From NCBI RefSeq assembly GCF_000143415.4, contig NW_003314263.1, forward strand, positions 1,886,749 to 1,950,748: a stretch of 64,000 nucleotides of DNA, given 5' to 3'. The position numbers were made by a program, and so were the translations under genes. Below are positions 12,335 through 24,206 of the stretch, piece by piece (the stretch's first letter is position 1; each line of letters starts with the position of its first letter). Source of the stretch: Selaginella moellendorffii (taxonomy: Eukaryota; Plantae; Lycopodiophyta). The notes beneath the pieces were generated by a model. That model was not told the origin of the DNA and did no database searches. It saw nothing but the letters and a program-made list of their open reading frames with translations.

Positions 12335-14001
12335 ATGGACGCGAGGGAGCGCTTTGCGAACCTCCAGGGTCTGACCGAGGTTGAAAAGGGCGAGCTCTAC
12401 AGCATCCTGAGTGAGGCCGGGGAAGATGTTTGGCAGCGCGAAGTGCCGGGCTTTCTAAGCGACACAGCGGTCTCTGTATCTCTGAGAAGGAAGTACCTCT
12501 CGCGCACTGATAGTGGAGCCGAGGTTGCCACTCTCATCGCTGCTGTTCCTGCCTTCACCTCGGTCCAAGCAGGTGAGCCAACCAAGTCCGAGCTCATAGC
12601 CTACTTGGAAGATATCCGGTGCTTGGAGGGCTTGATACCTGTGGCAATTCGCTCTGTCGAAAGCGTAGCAAGGCTACCCCGTGGCTTGGATGGTGGAAGC
12701 CCGTTTTACTTTTCGGATAGCATTCTGGGGGTGGCCGTCGCGAGTGCTATCGACCATGGTTTGACCGGCTCAGGAGATATTGTGGCTAACTCTCGCATTC
12801 TGGCGTTTTGTAAGGTGTTCCAATATCTCAAAGACTTCTCGGCTTCTGGGGACCGACTGGATTACCAGTTTTCAATGGAGACAGCTGCTTCTTCCGCATC
12901 CATGCAGACGCCAAGGCTCGGCAAGAGGAAGCGACCTGACTTCCTGTTTCAATACGTCGACTTTGTGTTCATGTTTGGGGAGAGTAGAGCAGATGACGAT
13001 GATTTCGTGGTGGCTGTGAACGAGATCTCGTCCAAGCTCAACAAAGTGCCGAGCTGGGCGCTCGGGAACATCAAGATTGTGCTCGCGTTTGCTGTTGGTG
13101 GTATGACATGGCAACTTTTTGTCAAAAGCGCTTCAGGTCTTGAGGTGGAGCCACTAAGCCCTGCGTACAACTTGAACCTTATTGACGACCGTGTCAAGCT
13201 TGTTCTGCTTTACTTCAAGCTCTACTTCCTGTCCTTAAGCATCTGCAAGGACATGGTACCTAGCGGGTATGTCGTTTCTGTTTCTTTTTATGTCAACCTT
13301 TTCATTCTTGGTTTTTCTTTCTCAGAATGCTGCCGCTCTTCAAAAAACACGAGAGGAACTTGTCCACTATCCAGCTTGATGGCAAGGGATGCGTAAAGAG
13401 CATCAACAAGTGGGCAGATTACAAAAAAAAGTATGGAACTTCTAAATCACACATCGAAAGGGCATACAATGCCGGTGTTCAGCAGCTCATTTCTGCTGCG
13501 GTGATGCCAACAGTTTCTTCAAAGGGGGTGTACATGGTCCGAACCCAGCCATTGGGAATCCCGGCACGGTTTAAGGTTACATCGGAGGACTGCATGACCC
13601 TTGCGCAGGACATGCTTAGTGCTCTGGCTGCTCTGCACAAGCTGGAGCTGGTTCATCGAGACGTCAGACTGGACAACATGATCTGGTCTCCTGACAGGGC
13701 GTGCTACGTGCTTATTGACTTAGAGCTTGTTTCCAAAGCTGGCACTAAGATGAAGGTATTGCTTACGGACTACACACCGACAACCTTGGTGAATGGGAAG
13801 TACACCAAGACTTCTGATCTCCATCAGCTTGGTGAGGTTATCGAGAAGCTCAAGCTCAAGCTGCAGCCGGAGTGCAAAGGATTTGTGCAAGCACTCAAGA
13901 GCCATGGCTCCACTGCTGAGAAAATGCTTTCCCATAAGTGGTTGTCAAGCTCAGAGGTAGATATTTCCCCTTCCCCTAAACGTTTCTCCTCCATTCTTTA
14001 G
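12335..14001 (+). CDS. Crinkler(CRN)-like protein: helical header + PD-(D/E)xK REase-fold domain + protein kinase; 2 exons (12335-13266, 13326-14001), ~535 aa
   Basis: A GTATGT...CTCAG intron (13267-13325) joins the two ORFs in frame. Motifs: RPDFLF...FGESR (REase fold); CVKSI, LAALHKLELVHRDVRLDNMIW, YVLIDLE, TKTSDLHQLG (kinase). Confidence 0.75.
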
Positions 14002-14089
14002 AAAAGCAATAATAACTAAAAAAATTATTGCTTCAAAAATCTTTGTAAATTGCTTTGAAGATTTTGTTTACTTTTCTAGGAGGGAGGGA

Positions 14090-14141
14090 GGAGATGTCTC
14101 TTGTCTCCAGACAAGAGACATTTCCAGACTCGAAATTCTAG
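14090..14141 (+). mobile_element. Helitron-type 3' terminus (hairpin + CTAG|T)
   Basis: GGAGATGTCTCTTGTC-TCCA-GACAAGAGACATTTCC (12-bp perfect stem, 16-bp near-perfect), then a 12-nt spacer, CTAG at 14138-14141 and T. Confidence 0.6.
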
Positions 14142-14285
14142 TCAAACTGAATCATAGAGTTTGAAACATAAGAAGACATTGCTTAGGGCTCTGCTTTCAC
14201 TATTTTAGGCCCGTTTTTTACCCTTACTAACTAGGTTTAGGACAAAAGAAACATAAATGGTTGTAAATATATATAATATATATGT

Positions 14286-16133
14286 ATGGTCAGAGATAAT
14301 CCGCTTTACATGCTAGAGGTACGCAGGTGGATTGTTCCCAATGGTTTTCCTTCAGTGCTACAAGGAAGCTTTTGTTTACGAACAACGATGATCCTTTCAA
14401 AAATGGTCATACAATGTGCAAAGGTGATCATTTTTATTGGACTAACGTTATTGAAAACCCAGAGCTCTGGTTTCAGCGGTTGGGTTTTTGCTCCTAACAT
14501 GAGCTTTCATAGGATGGAAGATCAAAGTTTCTTGGTTGGTGCAGATAAAAGGTATGTTTTGGTGCCAAGTTTAAAGATTGCTAACTCAAGGCTAGGATGA
14601 GAAGCCTTTCCAAAAGCTTCTTGTGAGGAAAATAACGTTTTTCATTGCCAATGAGACGAGTATCAGTCTCGGAACGTATGATCGTTCCACCGGCTTCAAC
14701 AGGTTGAAGACTTTGGCTGAATATAAAAATTATTTGCAACTTTTCTATGTAGGCAAGTAGGAGTGGCTTGATTCCACGACAAACGACCCCCATCTTTTCC
14801 AGAATCTCCCGAGCTCGGGAGAGATGACTTTCAACAGCCATTGAAGTCTATGCACGGATACGGGGTATAGTAACGGAGTCCACGAAACGCTCTACAACAG
14901 GTATATGCCTTTCACTGTCAGTTTCATCATCCATGCGTTTGATGCAGTAGGCGAGTTCTCATGGCAACTTGTAGAAGTCAAAAGGATATTTGACGTGCAA
15001 CTTCGACTTCTAGGCATGATCACAACTTGAGGCCAGCTACATTTCACTATCCTAGTGAAGAGGTAAGTGGGCTTGACTGAAAAGCTAGAACTATTTTCTA
15101 AACTCTACGTACAGGTGATCGAAGGCAGCTTGACTCTTTTCATTTCGCTATGGCGATTCATGAAATTTCATCGTCTCCCCACCTTAATTCTTTGGTTGCC
15201 CAGGTCCTGGAAGGTATTAAAAGGCAAGCTGTTCGTTCTGATTGAGTTTCTCGTTTTGTTTGGTAGGAGGAGATTGTGAACGAGTACGGGCACCAGGAAT
15301 GCATATGATCCACCTTTGCAGAGGACGTTCGACAACCTGAAAAGGTAACTGGCATCCATGTTCCATGTTTCTCTCTGATACCAGTTGCTTCACAGATAAA
15401 TTCAAGCAAAGGTGGAGTTGAAACAGCACCAAAAGGAGCATATCTACAAGGCAATGGAAGCTCCGTTTGTGAGAATTCACAGTATACGCAAGTCCAGGTT
15501 AGTCCTATTCAAGTCTGCTGGCACTTTCCTTCAAAGACACTATTTTAGATCTGCAAGCTCTAGCCAGGAAGATACCGTGGAAAGAAAGTCGACGATTGTA
15601 CAAATGCAAGCCAAAGGTGCGTCAAGATCTTTACTTTACATTTTTCAATACGGCTGACAGTGTGCTTTTACCGTCGTAGATCAGGCAGCTGCCGAGGCCG
15701 AACGAGCAAAAGAAAAAGGCTGCGACGAACTACGGTTGGCGTCAGCTTGCTTTGGACGGAAAGGTAAGATCTATAGAAGAAAAAAAACACTTCTTTTTCA
15801 GCATAAGAACGTTTTATCTCGCCAGGAAAGAAGCTCTCGCAAGAAAGAGGCCCTCATTGAGCGCATTATAGCCGACTTGTGAGTGTAATCCACCTACACG
15901 GAGTTAAGCAAGCCGAATGAAATCTCGGTTTTGCTAACCTTTGTTTGTTTGCTGTTCAAGGAAGCTTTTGCTCTTTCGAAAGTGGAGCATATTCGCGCGA
16001 GATAAAGGAAAGAGAAAAGGCAGGAAGTAAAAACAAAAGCCCGGCTCTCTCTACAACAAATGCGGGCATTGATTCGATCGAAAGAGCTCTCAGGGGGAGG
16101 AGAAAACAAACTTCCGCTGGAGCGGAGAATTGA
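14286..16133 (+). other. Multi-exon hypothetical gene or gene fragment of unknown function
   Basis: Regular series of ~50-bp GT(A)AG...YAG introns on the + strand separating 60-160-bp exon-like blocks. No single clean spliced ORF or recognisable domain could be reconstructed. Confidence 0.3.
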
Positions 16134-17000
16134 AGGATCCTGGCCCCTGGGCGATGGAGCTTTTGTTGGTTTCGTCGCTCCCGTTGATCGCATTAACAGG
16201 CCGGTGACTGTTATGCAATCAGATCATTCAATGTTTGGGCGAAAAATCTCGCAAAACTTTCAAAGACGACGATGCTACCAGAGGGAATTCATTCAAATCC
16301 GGAAGGGAAAGAACGCCATAGAACGAATCAATCTCCACTCGTAATGACCGTACGGCCATTGGGGCGATCAAACAAACACTCCCGAGTGAAAGTTCTTCCA
16401 AGTTTAAGCTGCGCTTAGCACGCGAATCTATTCAATCCAATCCAATCCACCTACACGCAGGAAGCAAGCAAGCACGTCTACCTAGATAGCCTCCTAGTCT
16501 TTTTTTTTTCATTCTTTTTTTCTCGTTCTTCCCTATTCACCTAGAAATCTCGCCACTGCGCTCTCGCGTTGGCTCAACAACAGTGGGGCGGCGGATAAAA
16601 ACAATAGATTCGAGTGGACCTGGGTGACAAAGAGCGTCGCATTGGGCACCTAATCTCTCTCTCAAATTCCTCTCAATCTCTTCTTCTACCTTTCTTCCAT
16701 TCCGTAGTGCCCTTCGCTTGCTCTCTCGCAATTAACGCCCCCGGGGACGAATCCAGAGCGCGCGAGCTATGGCAATTGGAACTGGGCTCGCTCGGGTGTG
16801 GCGGAATCCGGGCGGCAAGCTGGGATTTTGAGCGCGCCCAATGCGAGACAGGGTCATGAATCGCTGACCCAAGTCGCCGGATTCGCGAAATGTCGAGCAG
16901 CGGGAGAGGAATCAAGCCCACAGGGAAGATCCAAGAGCAGAGAAAGATCGCTCAAGAACAGAGGAGGCTGGCCATGAGATGATTGATTGATTGATTGGCG

Positions 17001-18466
17001 ATGAACAGCAGCGCTAAGAGGAACAGCAGCGAGATGAAGGCGAGCGCCGCATCGGCGAGTTCATCCGGGCGATCCAGCAAGAAACTCAACCATCCCCCAC
17101 AGGTGAGAGAGATCAAAGCTTTAGATCGATCAATCAATCGCAAAGCTGCTCTTGCCAGGTCGAGAGCGCCTCCTGCTACTGCCGCGCGGAAGCCCCCAAC
17201 GCAATCTCCTCCCACAGCGCCAAGAAATTCGTCCCGGCCACCGCCAGGCACTGCGTCCTCCAGGAAGAAGCGATCAAGCCGCCTCCAGCCGTCCGATCAA
17301 GATCTCGAGCCCGATCCAACGGCTCAAATCCACAGCTCATCCCGGGCCTTCCAGACGACCTCGCCATCGCCTGCCTCATTCGCGTCCCGCGATTCCACCA
17401 TCGCGCGCTGCGAATCGTTTGCAAGCGCTGGCATCGCTTGCTCGCCGGCAATTTCTTCTACACCCAGCGCCGGATCGCGGGGCTGGCGGAGGAGTGGGTC
17501 TTCGTGATCAAGCGCGACAACGAGAAAGAGGGCGGCCGGATCTCCTGGCATGCATTCGATCCGCGCTTCCAGCAGTGGCAGCCGCTACCGCCCATCCCCC
17601 AGGAGTTCTGCGAGGCGCTGGGATTCGGCTGCGCGGTGCTGGGCGGATGCCATCTCTATCTCTTCGGCGGCAAGGATCCCGCCAAGGGATCGATGCGCCG
17701 GGTGGTGTTCTACAGCGCGCGCACGAATCGATGGCACCGCGCGCCCGAGATGCTCAAGCGGCGCCACTTCTTTGGATCCGGCGTGATCGACAATTGCCTC
17801 TTCGTGGCGGGGGGAGAATGCGAGGGCGTCCATCGCTCGCTACGCAGCGCCGAAGTGTACGACCCTGCACGGAACCGGTGGTCGTACATCTCGGACATGA
17901 GCACGGCCATGGTCCCATTCATCGGGGTGGTGTACGGAGGAAACTGGTTCGTCAAGGGGCTGGGTTCACACCGGCAGGTGATGAGCGAAGTGTACATTCC
18001 GGGGCAGAACGTCTGGTCGCCCATTCTCGACGGAATGGTGACCGGATGGCGGAATCCCAGCGTGGCGCTGGGGGGGACGTTGTACGCTCTGGATTGCCCC
18101 GACGGGTGCAAGCTCCGGGTGTACGACCCAGGGAGCGACACGTGGAAGAGATCCGTGGATAGCAAATTCCACCTGGGGAATTCCCGGGCGCTGGAGGCGG
18201 CGGCGCTGCTACCGTTGGATGGGAAGCTTTGCATCGTGAGGAACAATATGAGTATTACCGTGGTGGACGTGGGCGATGGAAGCTACGTGGGCGATGGTAA
18301 CGATGGTAGCGGCGGTGGTAGTGGTAACGCTAGAATTTCACAGGTATGGGAGACCATCGCTGGGAAGGGCCACTTTAAAACATTCGTGACGAATTTGCTC
18401 TCCAACATTGCGGGAAGAAGCCGACTAAAGAGCCACATTGTCCACTGCCAGGCTCTATCAGCATAG
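17001..18466 (+). CDS. F-box/kelch-repeat protein (At1g55270-like); exons 17001-17102, 17159-18466
   Basis: VESASCYCR..KKFVP, F-box LIPGLPDDLAIACLIRVPR, kelch repeats (LYLFGG, LFVAGGECEG, SAEVYDP), C-terminus KSHIVHCQALSA. The start could instead be 17034. Confidence 0.9.
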
Positions 18467-19173
18467 AGGTAGCAAAAAATTCTTATCAAAGTCTTGTTTT
18501 TGGGAGAAGATCCATCCAATCCACAGCAAAAAAGAAAGGAAAGAGTGTTCTTATTCACGCGATTCCTCGTCTGTGCCCAAAAGACGAAGATAAACAAACT
18601 AGAGAAATAAAAAGCAAAGGAGAGAACGAACCAGTGATGGTGCTCTTGATCTTTTTTCCGATGGAGCTGGACGAAGGGTGATTTCTTCGCTTGTTCCTCT
18701 ACGCGACTCGATCGATTCAGTGAATCGCTGGAGCTAAAATTCTATCGCAAAAGCATACGCACCCGTGAGATTGAGCGACATGTTGAGGACGATGCCAAAT
18801 GTGACCGCGAATCCGGCGAGGTATGGCCACTGCATCTTGGCGAGCGCCAGCGCGCTGCCCCACACTGATCGCTTCCAGATCTCGTCGCCCCTCATCGCTC
18901 TCGCCCAAAAACCCTCTCGCCCTAATCCACAAAAGGTATTTCTAACACCAAAGGAATATACTCAATAGCCGAAGAACCCTAAACTCCAACTTAACCGTAC
19001 TTAAACATGTTTACTTAATGTTAAGCGACATATTTAGTTAAGACAAAACATGCTTATTGAGCTCAAGGGTCTTTGTATTGTCAAAATTCGTAGCACAAGA
19101 AAGAAAAGAAACAATCGATCTGATCCATCCACGCCTCGAAAAACCCGAGAGCGCGATCGATCGATCGAACCAA

Positions 19174-19620
19174 TCACGCCGTGAGCACGACGGCGCCGCC
19201 GCACTTCTTGATCTTCTTCTCGGCGTGCTTGGAGATGAACTTGGTCTTGACAACGATGGGGAAGTCGCCCGAGACGCGACCCTTGCCCAGCACCTTGAAG
19301 AAGCCGTGCTCGCTCACGTCGATCAGCGGCGCCTCCTTGCCCCCCTTCTTCACCTGGGCCTTGACGTCCTCGGGCACCAGCGACCACAGCTTCTCCACAT
19401 TCACCGTCGGGCGGTAGTACTTGTTCCTGTTGAGATGGAAGTAGCGCATTCCTACCTTGCCGAAGTAGCCCGGATGATACTTGTCGAAGAGGATCCGGTG
19501 ATGGTGGAGGCCTCCCGCGTTACCGCGCCCTCCCGGATGCTTGCGGTGCTTGCCGATGCGCCCATGCCCGTGACTGACATGGCCCCTCTTCTTCCTGCTC
19601 TTCTTGAATCTCGTCGTCAT
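19174..19620 (-). CDS. RPL27A: 60S ribosomal protein L27a (uL15), intronless
   Basis: [62 protein letters not shown]. Confidence 0.98.
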   Translation of the reverse strand: MTTRFKKSRKKRGHVSHGHGRIGKHRKHPGGRGNAGGLHHHRILFDKYHPGYFGKVGMRYFHLNRNKYYRPTVNVEKLWSLVPEDVKAQVKKGGKEAPLIDVSEHGFFKVLGKGRVSGDFPIVVKTKFISKHAEKKIKKCGGAVVLTA

Positions 19621-19671
19621 CGCCGCCTCCCTTCTTCCTGCGGCTCAAGAACCCTAGAAAGCAAATCTCAA

Positions 19672-19790
19672 AAACCCTAAGACCTAGCCGTCCGATCTAA
19701 ATCAAGGGCCCCAAATCGTAGCCGTCGAATCATCAAGAGCCCAAAATCATAGCCGTCGGATTAAATCAATAAACCCTAAAAGCTTAGCCC
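19672..19790. promoter_or_regulatory. RPL27a promoter: telo-boxes and repeated AGCCGTC motifs
   Basis: AAACCCTAA at 19672 and 19771; AGCCGTCCGATC / AGCCGTCGAATC / AGCCGTCGGATT at ~19686, 19720, 19751. Telo-boxes are typical of plant ribosomal-protein promoters. Confidence 0.55.
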
Positions 19791-19881
19791 TAAAAAGTAA
19801 TGCGGATCCCCTTGCCCTTTAACACGTTAAAACATAATCCCAACGCTTATCCATCCTTTGTCTACATTTTTCTTGCTTGGA

Positions 19882-22800
19882 TCACTCGTAGCTCAGTCTC
19901 GTTGGCTGAGGAGCCACAGCCAATCTTCGCGGCACACCGATCTCGCAAGCATTCACTTTGGCCGCAAACCGGAGCGAGCACAGAGATTCGTGCAGCGACT
20001 TGGCCTCGGGGGCGATGTTGACGAACATCAGCGTCTTCGAATCTCCACCTAAGCAAGGCTGCAAGATAAAAAAAAGGGGAAGAAAATCTCGCTCAGTACA
20101 TATAAGATCCTCGCTAAGCAACTCAAAGTCCAAAGCCATATCATATCCTCTCTTTGTTTACCTGGAGAAGATACGTGAGCTTGGAGTTTCTGTAGGGAAC
20201 GTGTTGTTCTTTGTTGGCAATCGCGGCAATCACGTCACCGAGGCTGGCCAAGCTTTTGTTTATGGCCTGCGGGACAAGAAAACTCGATGGAGTCAACACA
20301 TATATTCTTTGCGAGCACGAGCCTTGATTGTACCTGCGTCTCTTTGAGACGATCTCCAGTTGATCCACTACGGGAGAGACGTTCGCTCCCCGCCAAATCA
20401 ATGAGATTCAACACCCCATTGACTTCTTGCTCGGTGCTCTGTTAAAAAAGGAAGAGAATTATGCATAGCCTTGAAGTCGCCACTAGACTTTTTTTGTTAC
20501 CTCGTTGGACCCGGTGATGCGTAGTGTAAAAACGCAATGACTCCTCGACGACTGTTCGTTCAGTGCCGTTTTACCCACAGATCTACAAAGAAAAAAGAAC
20601 AAACAAAGAATCAAAGAGTTGAAAACAGTGGTGTTTTGCATACGCGAACCAAAACAAAGTATTACCTGCTTACTGTAGCCCGATGCAAGAGTGACGATAC
20701 TTCTTTCCAATTGGTGACATCAACCACAGTGAGATCTGTGACATATGTGTTGCCAGTTTGATCGTGCTTCACCTGGTACTGCTGCTGACATTTCATCGGA
20801 GTCCCACCTTCTGTAGCGCTAGCACGACCAGAACCCAGCAGATCTCGTATTTGCTCGTTGTAAATTTCCAGCATAGACGCCTGCGTGCATTTGTCAAAAC
20901 CACAAAGAAAGAAAATATCAGATATACCTGCATCCTGAATGTCCAGCCTCTAGTGATCAGCTCTTGACTAGATCTGAATATCTGCTCCAGAGACCGCGGA
21001 ATCACCCCCCTCAGTTCATCTACTTCGGGATTGCCAAGCATTGTGTGTGTTTTTCCTGAGCCAGTCTGACCGTACGCAAATATACACACCTGCGAAGTGT
21101 TTCATATGAGTGGCAGTAGAAAAGATACGCTTTTCTTAATGACCTTGTATCCATCCAGAGCACTTTGCACAAGTTGAGATATTTCTGTAAACACGCTCTC
21201 TTGGCCAGTTTCAGGACCAAACACTTTGTCGAAAGAAAAGAAGTGCCTTTGACCTGCTTTGGAAAGGAGGGTTCAATAGCTTTCGCAAGAGAACGCAAAC
21301 TTACCTTGCATGGGAACGAGTTCCACTCCACGGCCAAGCAAGTCTGTTGTGTTCGGATACTGCACCACGGAAATGCCTGCTTCTGGATCACCTTCTTCTT
21401 GAAAGATTGGACGCACTCGACAAAACACCCGAATGTTTCCTTTCATTTCCTGGAAGTGACTCTTTGGTTAGATTACGATAGATGACGTTCTCGGTATACC
21501 TGAATAGTGTTGTGGAGCTTGCGACGAATTTCTTCACCTTCGCGAATTCGGATATCAGCTTCAGCCAGACGATTCGTCAGATCTTCTATTAGCTCTCTGT
21601 TCTCCGCAACTTCAGTCCTTTCTTGAAGATATGAGCGCTCGGTTATCTGCGTTGATAAAGAAAAGAACTGGATAGAACAATCCATGGCATTGGGCATTTC
21701 GTACCAGCAGTTTGTGGTTTGCAACGTCTAATTGCTGGCGCAAACCTTTTACTTGCTCGGTTTGAGAAGTATAGCATTCCTTTAAATAAAATTCACGTAT
21801 AATGATTTGAATAAAACGGAAGTTCAAAAACGTTACCTCCAATGCGATTGCCTTACTGCTTAAAAACTCAAGCTCTGCAGCCGACTTACCAGTACATTCC
21901 TTGTACGTATTGTTTTCTTCCATCAGAGACTGAACATGAGCTGCATGCTGGTCACGCTCGTCAGTAATGCGTTGAACTTCTGCCCGTAGCCTTTCCGCCT
22001 CGTCTATCAAAGCTTTTTTCTGTTTTAACTCTTCCTGCAGAGTCGCCTGCAATTGACGGGGAAGGTGAGGCCAAGAAAGAAACAGCTAGAAACGAATTCT
22101 ACCTTAAGCATATCTATTTGTTCTTGGAGTGCCGCGGTGTGGCCACGTAAACTGCCCAAAGTTTCCATTAAGGTAGTCTTTTCCTTTTGAAGTTTCCCGC
22201 AAGCTTCTGCCGAGACTGATGCATCACTTTGCAATTTGCTGTTATATTGTTGCAAGCTAGTATTATACTCCTGCAAGCGTTTGTTGAGATCTTGAAGCGA
22301 CAGCACCTGACATATGGACAAGATTGGTATATTTGTGGTTTAAAAAGAAAAATATTACCTGATTCGACAAGCTCGTGGCTTCACTCCGTGATCTTTCAAG
22401 CTCCTCAACAAGTCCAGCCATTTCTTTACCCGTTGCTTTTAGTTGTTCCATATCTTTTTCTCTAGCACACAATAAAGACTACACAAACCAGATAAAATCA
22501 GCTCATGCTTAAACAAACGTCTGGTCACAAACCTCCTTTTCCGACATGACTGACATCAATCTATCTTCCAGTGATGTACATAGATTCTTGAGCTCAGAAA
22601 GACCTTGCTCCAGCTCATCCTGCTTTTGCCTTCGAAAAGCCTCTGCAATTGGAAGAGAAAAAGTCAGACACAGGCAACACCGGATACATCGTACCAGTTA
22701 CTTCTCGATCGCGTCTTTCTCCGTCAAGCGCGCTCTCAAGGTTTTCCTTTTCAAAACTTAGCTTCTCCTCCTGGTCTTGGAACTGCCTGATACAAACTCG

Positions 22801-23196
22801 AAGCTTCTTTATGTAGTCACTCATCTGCTCGTTCTTACCCTGTCACACACAACAATCCCCGTCGCACAAAATCACTAGAAAAGAAGAAAGTACCTTGAAA
22901 TCAAACTTTGTCTTTCCAGCCATCTTCATGGCTAACAACGCGTCGACATCAGCCCTGGACAAACTGCAAGCCTCTGATAGAGAACCCTCCAACGCCACGC
23001 TTTGGTGTGTCTGGAGCGGATGAGAGGGGCTTGCATCCAACAGCGTGGTGAGCACAGGACGCGAGCACCTCGTCTCTGGGGCTTGAGGCGTCTGCTGCCT
23101 GACTCCAAACACATCCTTACACACGGTCTTCCTCCTCTTCTCAAACGGCGAGTTAAGGCAGTTCTCCTTTTGCTGCAAACAGCGCGATCGTCTCAT
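19882..23196 (-). CDS. Kinesin-14 (C-terminal motor, ATK1/ATK5-like), multi-exon
   Basis: Coiled coil followed by motor motifs [103 protein letters not shown]. Start inferred at [12 protein letters not shown]. Confidence 0.92.
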
Positions 23197-23637
23197 CTCA
23201 GCACCATATTTCCAGAGATCTCTACAACCGCCTAGCTCATCTAGGAACTTACATGGTGTGGATCTTTCTGTGCGCTGTTTGGCGCACTCCCGGGCGTGTA
23301 TCCAGGAATTTTGCTCGATCTCATGGCGCCGGAGCCGCGATCCGCTGGAAATCACCGAGAATCGTGAGCGCCTTGCCGCTCACAGACGGCGCGCTGGGCT
23401 AGATCGCGATAACCTAAACCCGCATTGCTCAATCCAAAATCCCTCTAGCTCGCTAGGGCTTCTACGAACAAAGGCATGGTTTGAAGCCAACGGTCATATT
23501 GCGTAGCGACCGTTGATTTTGTCCTGGAGATTTGAGTACACAGTCGCGTGTTCGATCCATAGCACGTCACAGGCGGAATTAGGGCAGATTTTAGGGTATT
23601 TATTTTGTCCCGGGCGGCGCAAGTTTAGGGCTCTTGT

Positions 23638-23765
23638 GGCAGTGTGTGTGTACTAGAGCTGTGCTTGCTCCCTTTGCAGCTCTTGAATGGTACTACTGCT
23701 AGATTCCTTGTGGGGAGCGTGGGCAGTTGTTTCGTAGGCGCTGCCAATCACGAATCTCAACAATC
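23638..23765 (+). ncRNA. Box H/ACA snoRNA (two hairpins)
   Basis: Hairpin 1: GCAGT/ACTGC lower stem, AGAGCTG/CAGCTCT upper stem, pocket GTGTGTA + AATGG complementary to 18S CCCUU[UG]UACACAC (1 mismatch). Hinge AGATTC at 23701. Hairpin 2 pocket TGGGCA + AATCAC complementary to 25S GUGAUU[UC]UGCCCA. ACA at 23760-23762, 14 nt after the 3' pocket starts. rRNA targets recalled from memory. Confidence 0.65.
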
Positions 23766-23963
23766 ACGCTCTCTAGATCTAGAATTTTGCTTCTTCTCGC
23801 CGCTCGTTAGGCAGAACATTGGGGCTTTTTCTCTCGTCGCCCGCGATGTGTTGTACAGTGGCAAAATTCTCCCGCATCGCTCCGGGTAGCCTGTAGATAA
23901 TCTGGATAAGCAGGCTCTTTCGAAAACGGTGCTAGATTTCTCAGGAATTTGGAATTCAAGGGT

Positions 23964-24046
23964 GCTGTGATGATGAATTTGCCAGTTTTTAGCCAGTTCT
24001 GCTTCTGAAATCTTCGTGATCGAGAACTGGTACTCTTAGTCTGAGC
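23964..24046 (+). ncRNA. Box C/D snoRNA, U38/SNORD38-like
   Basis: Box C (GTGATGA/ATGATGA) at ~23967; guide GCCAGTTCTGCTT directly before box D' CTGA (24005-24008), antisense to 25S AAGCAGAACUGGC; C'-like GTGATCGA; box D CTGA 24041-24044; terminal GCT/AGC stem. Confidence 0.8.
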
Positions 24047-24059
24047 TCTTTCTTGCCAT

Positions 24060-24206
24060 TGCTCGTTTCAAGAGGCGTTACCCTAGCGATCTCTTTCGCT
24101 GGGGGTGTCGATTCGAGCATAGATCGATTGTTTAAGTCCAGCTTTAAACCATTGCCAGAGATCCCATTTCAATCGGCCTGGCAATGACCTGTCTACTGGA
24201 ACATGT
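24060..24206 (+). ncRNA. Box H/ACA snoRNA (two hairpins)
   Basis: Hairpin 1: TGCTCG/CGAGCA and CCCTAGCGA/TCGCTGGGG stems, pocket AGAGGCGTT + GTC complementary to 25S GAC[UG]AACGCCUCU. Hinge AGATCG at 24121. Hairpin 2: TCCAG/CTGGA and CATTGCCAG/CTGGCAATG stems, pocket AAAC + ACCTGTCT complementary to 25S AGACAGGU[UA]GUUU. ACA at 24201-24203, 14 nt after the 3' pocket starts. Confidence 0.75.

Noticed and set aside
15680-15880. SAP-like motif RKKEALIERIIADL
   Set aside because: It appears in only one of several possible spliced frames, and that frame hits a stop upstream; not supportable.
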